Positions 63,500-64,000 of a stretch of DNA of 64,000 bases are shown one piece after another. The notes below the pieces were generated by a model, which saw only the letters and a list, made by a program, of their open reading frames with translations, was not told the DNA's origin and did not search any database. Numbering within the stretch: the stretch's first letter is position 1; the number at the start of each line of letters is the position of its first letter. The translations under genes were made by a program, and so were the position numbers. Source of the stretch: Lachnospiraceae bacterium (GTDB taxonomy: Bacteria > Bacillota > Clostridia > Lachnospirales > Lachnospiraceae); contig JAFTXD010000156.1 in NCBI GenBank assembly GCA_017461775.1, positions 21,088 to 85,087 of the forward strand, in the 5' to 3' direction.

Positions 63500-64000
63500 T
63501 TAATGATAATCCACTTGCATCATACATAAACCACAGGCCGGGGCAGTAGCTCCGGCTAGTTTTCTGTCCTTAGCATCCCGAAGCTCTGCAATACTGTCGG
63601 GAGTGCGCTTGCCCATACCCACCTCTAAGAGGGTTCCGGTGAGGATGCGCACCATGTGCTGTAGGAAACCATTGCCATGGTAGGTAAAGGTAATGTAAGG
63701 ACCATTCTGCTCAATGTCTATTTTATCCACGGTACGCACGGTGGATTTCTTCATACGAGGATTGGCACAGAAACTGGCATAGTCATGAGTTCCCATCAGG
63801 TGCTGGGCAGCCTTGCGCATGGCTTCCACATCCGGCTCCGTATCCAGTGTATACACATATTTTCTATCAAAGACCGGCTTCAGGGCACCGGCGTAGCAGG
63901 TGTAGCAGTAGGTCTTGCCCAGAGCATTGTAGCGGGAGTGGAAACGGTCACCTGCCTCTGCTACATCCGTGATGCAGATATCGTCCGGCAAATAACGGTT
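63500..64000 (-). CDS. truA: tRNA pseudouridine(38-40) synthase, 5' part outside the window
   Basis: FHSRY, GTHDY, GFLQHMVR and TAPACGL; frame open to the window edge. Confidence 0.93.
   Translation of the reverse strand, partial: NRYLPDDICITDVAEAGDRFHSRYNALGKTYCYTCYAGALKPVFDRKYVYTLDTEPDVEAMRKAAQHLMGTHDYASFCANPRMKKSTVRTVDKIDIEQNGPYITFTYHGNGFLQHMVRILTGTLLEVGMGKRTPDSIAELRDAKDRKLAGATAPACGLCMMQVDYH

Noticed and set aside
1-64000. CRISPR array, rRNA, integrase, transposase or prophage
   Set aside because: No regularly spaced repeat-spacer series, rRNA-like tract or recombinase/phage structural motif was seen by eye

Overview
Chromosomal window from a spore-forming Clostridia (Bacillota) bacterium, most likely Lachnospiraceae-like. 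This is inferred from gene content (dpaAB with a sigma-K-like promoter, MecA, reverse rubrerythrin/PerR, a Gram-positive LexA box) and Firmicutes-type promoters and RBSs. About 65 CDSs are present: a tightly packed array of small accessory genes (Fic, HAD, GNATs, gene remnants), housekeeping and metabolic genes (nth, trmL, hisD, purC, asnB, rhaBA, truA, rluA-like), two MATE transporters, a two-component pair, GH31/AraC, and one tRNA-Lys(CTT). I found no rRNA, CRISPR array, integrase or transposase. Most interesting items: (1) a membrane Ser/Thr kinase followed by two tandem paralogous HTH proteins and a secreted LysM protein; (2) an unannotated type I toxin-antitoxin-like locus at 56.5-56.9 kb; (3) an hsdA/ksi-like SDR + NTF2 gene pair divergent from a MocR/PdxR-type regulator; (4) a DUF3791-DUF3990-DUF3791 triad; (5) several candidate RNA regulators (hisD leader with a 30-bp stem, DUF2798 leader, leader-peptide attenuator of a CD3324-family gene, orphan ~250-nt transcript); (6) a 33-bp internal tRNA duplication bracketing a Fur gene. 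All family assignments come from motif recognition by eye; no searches were run.
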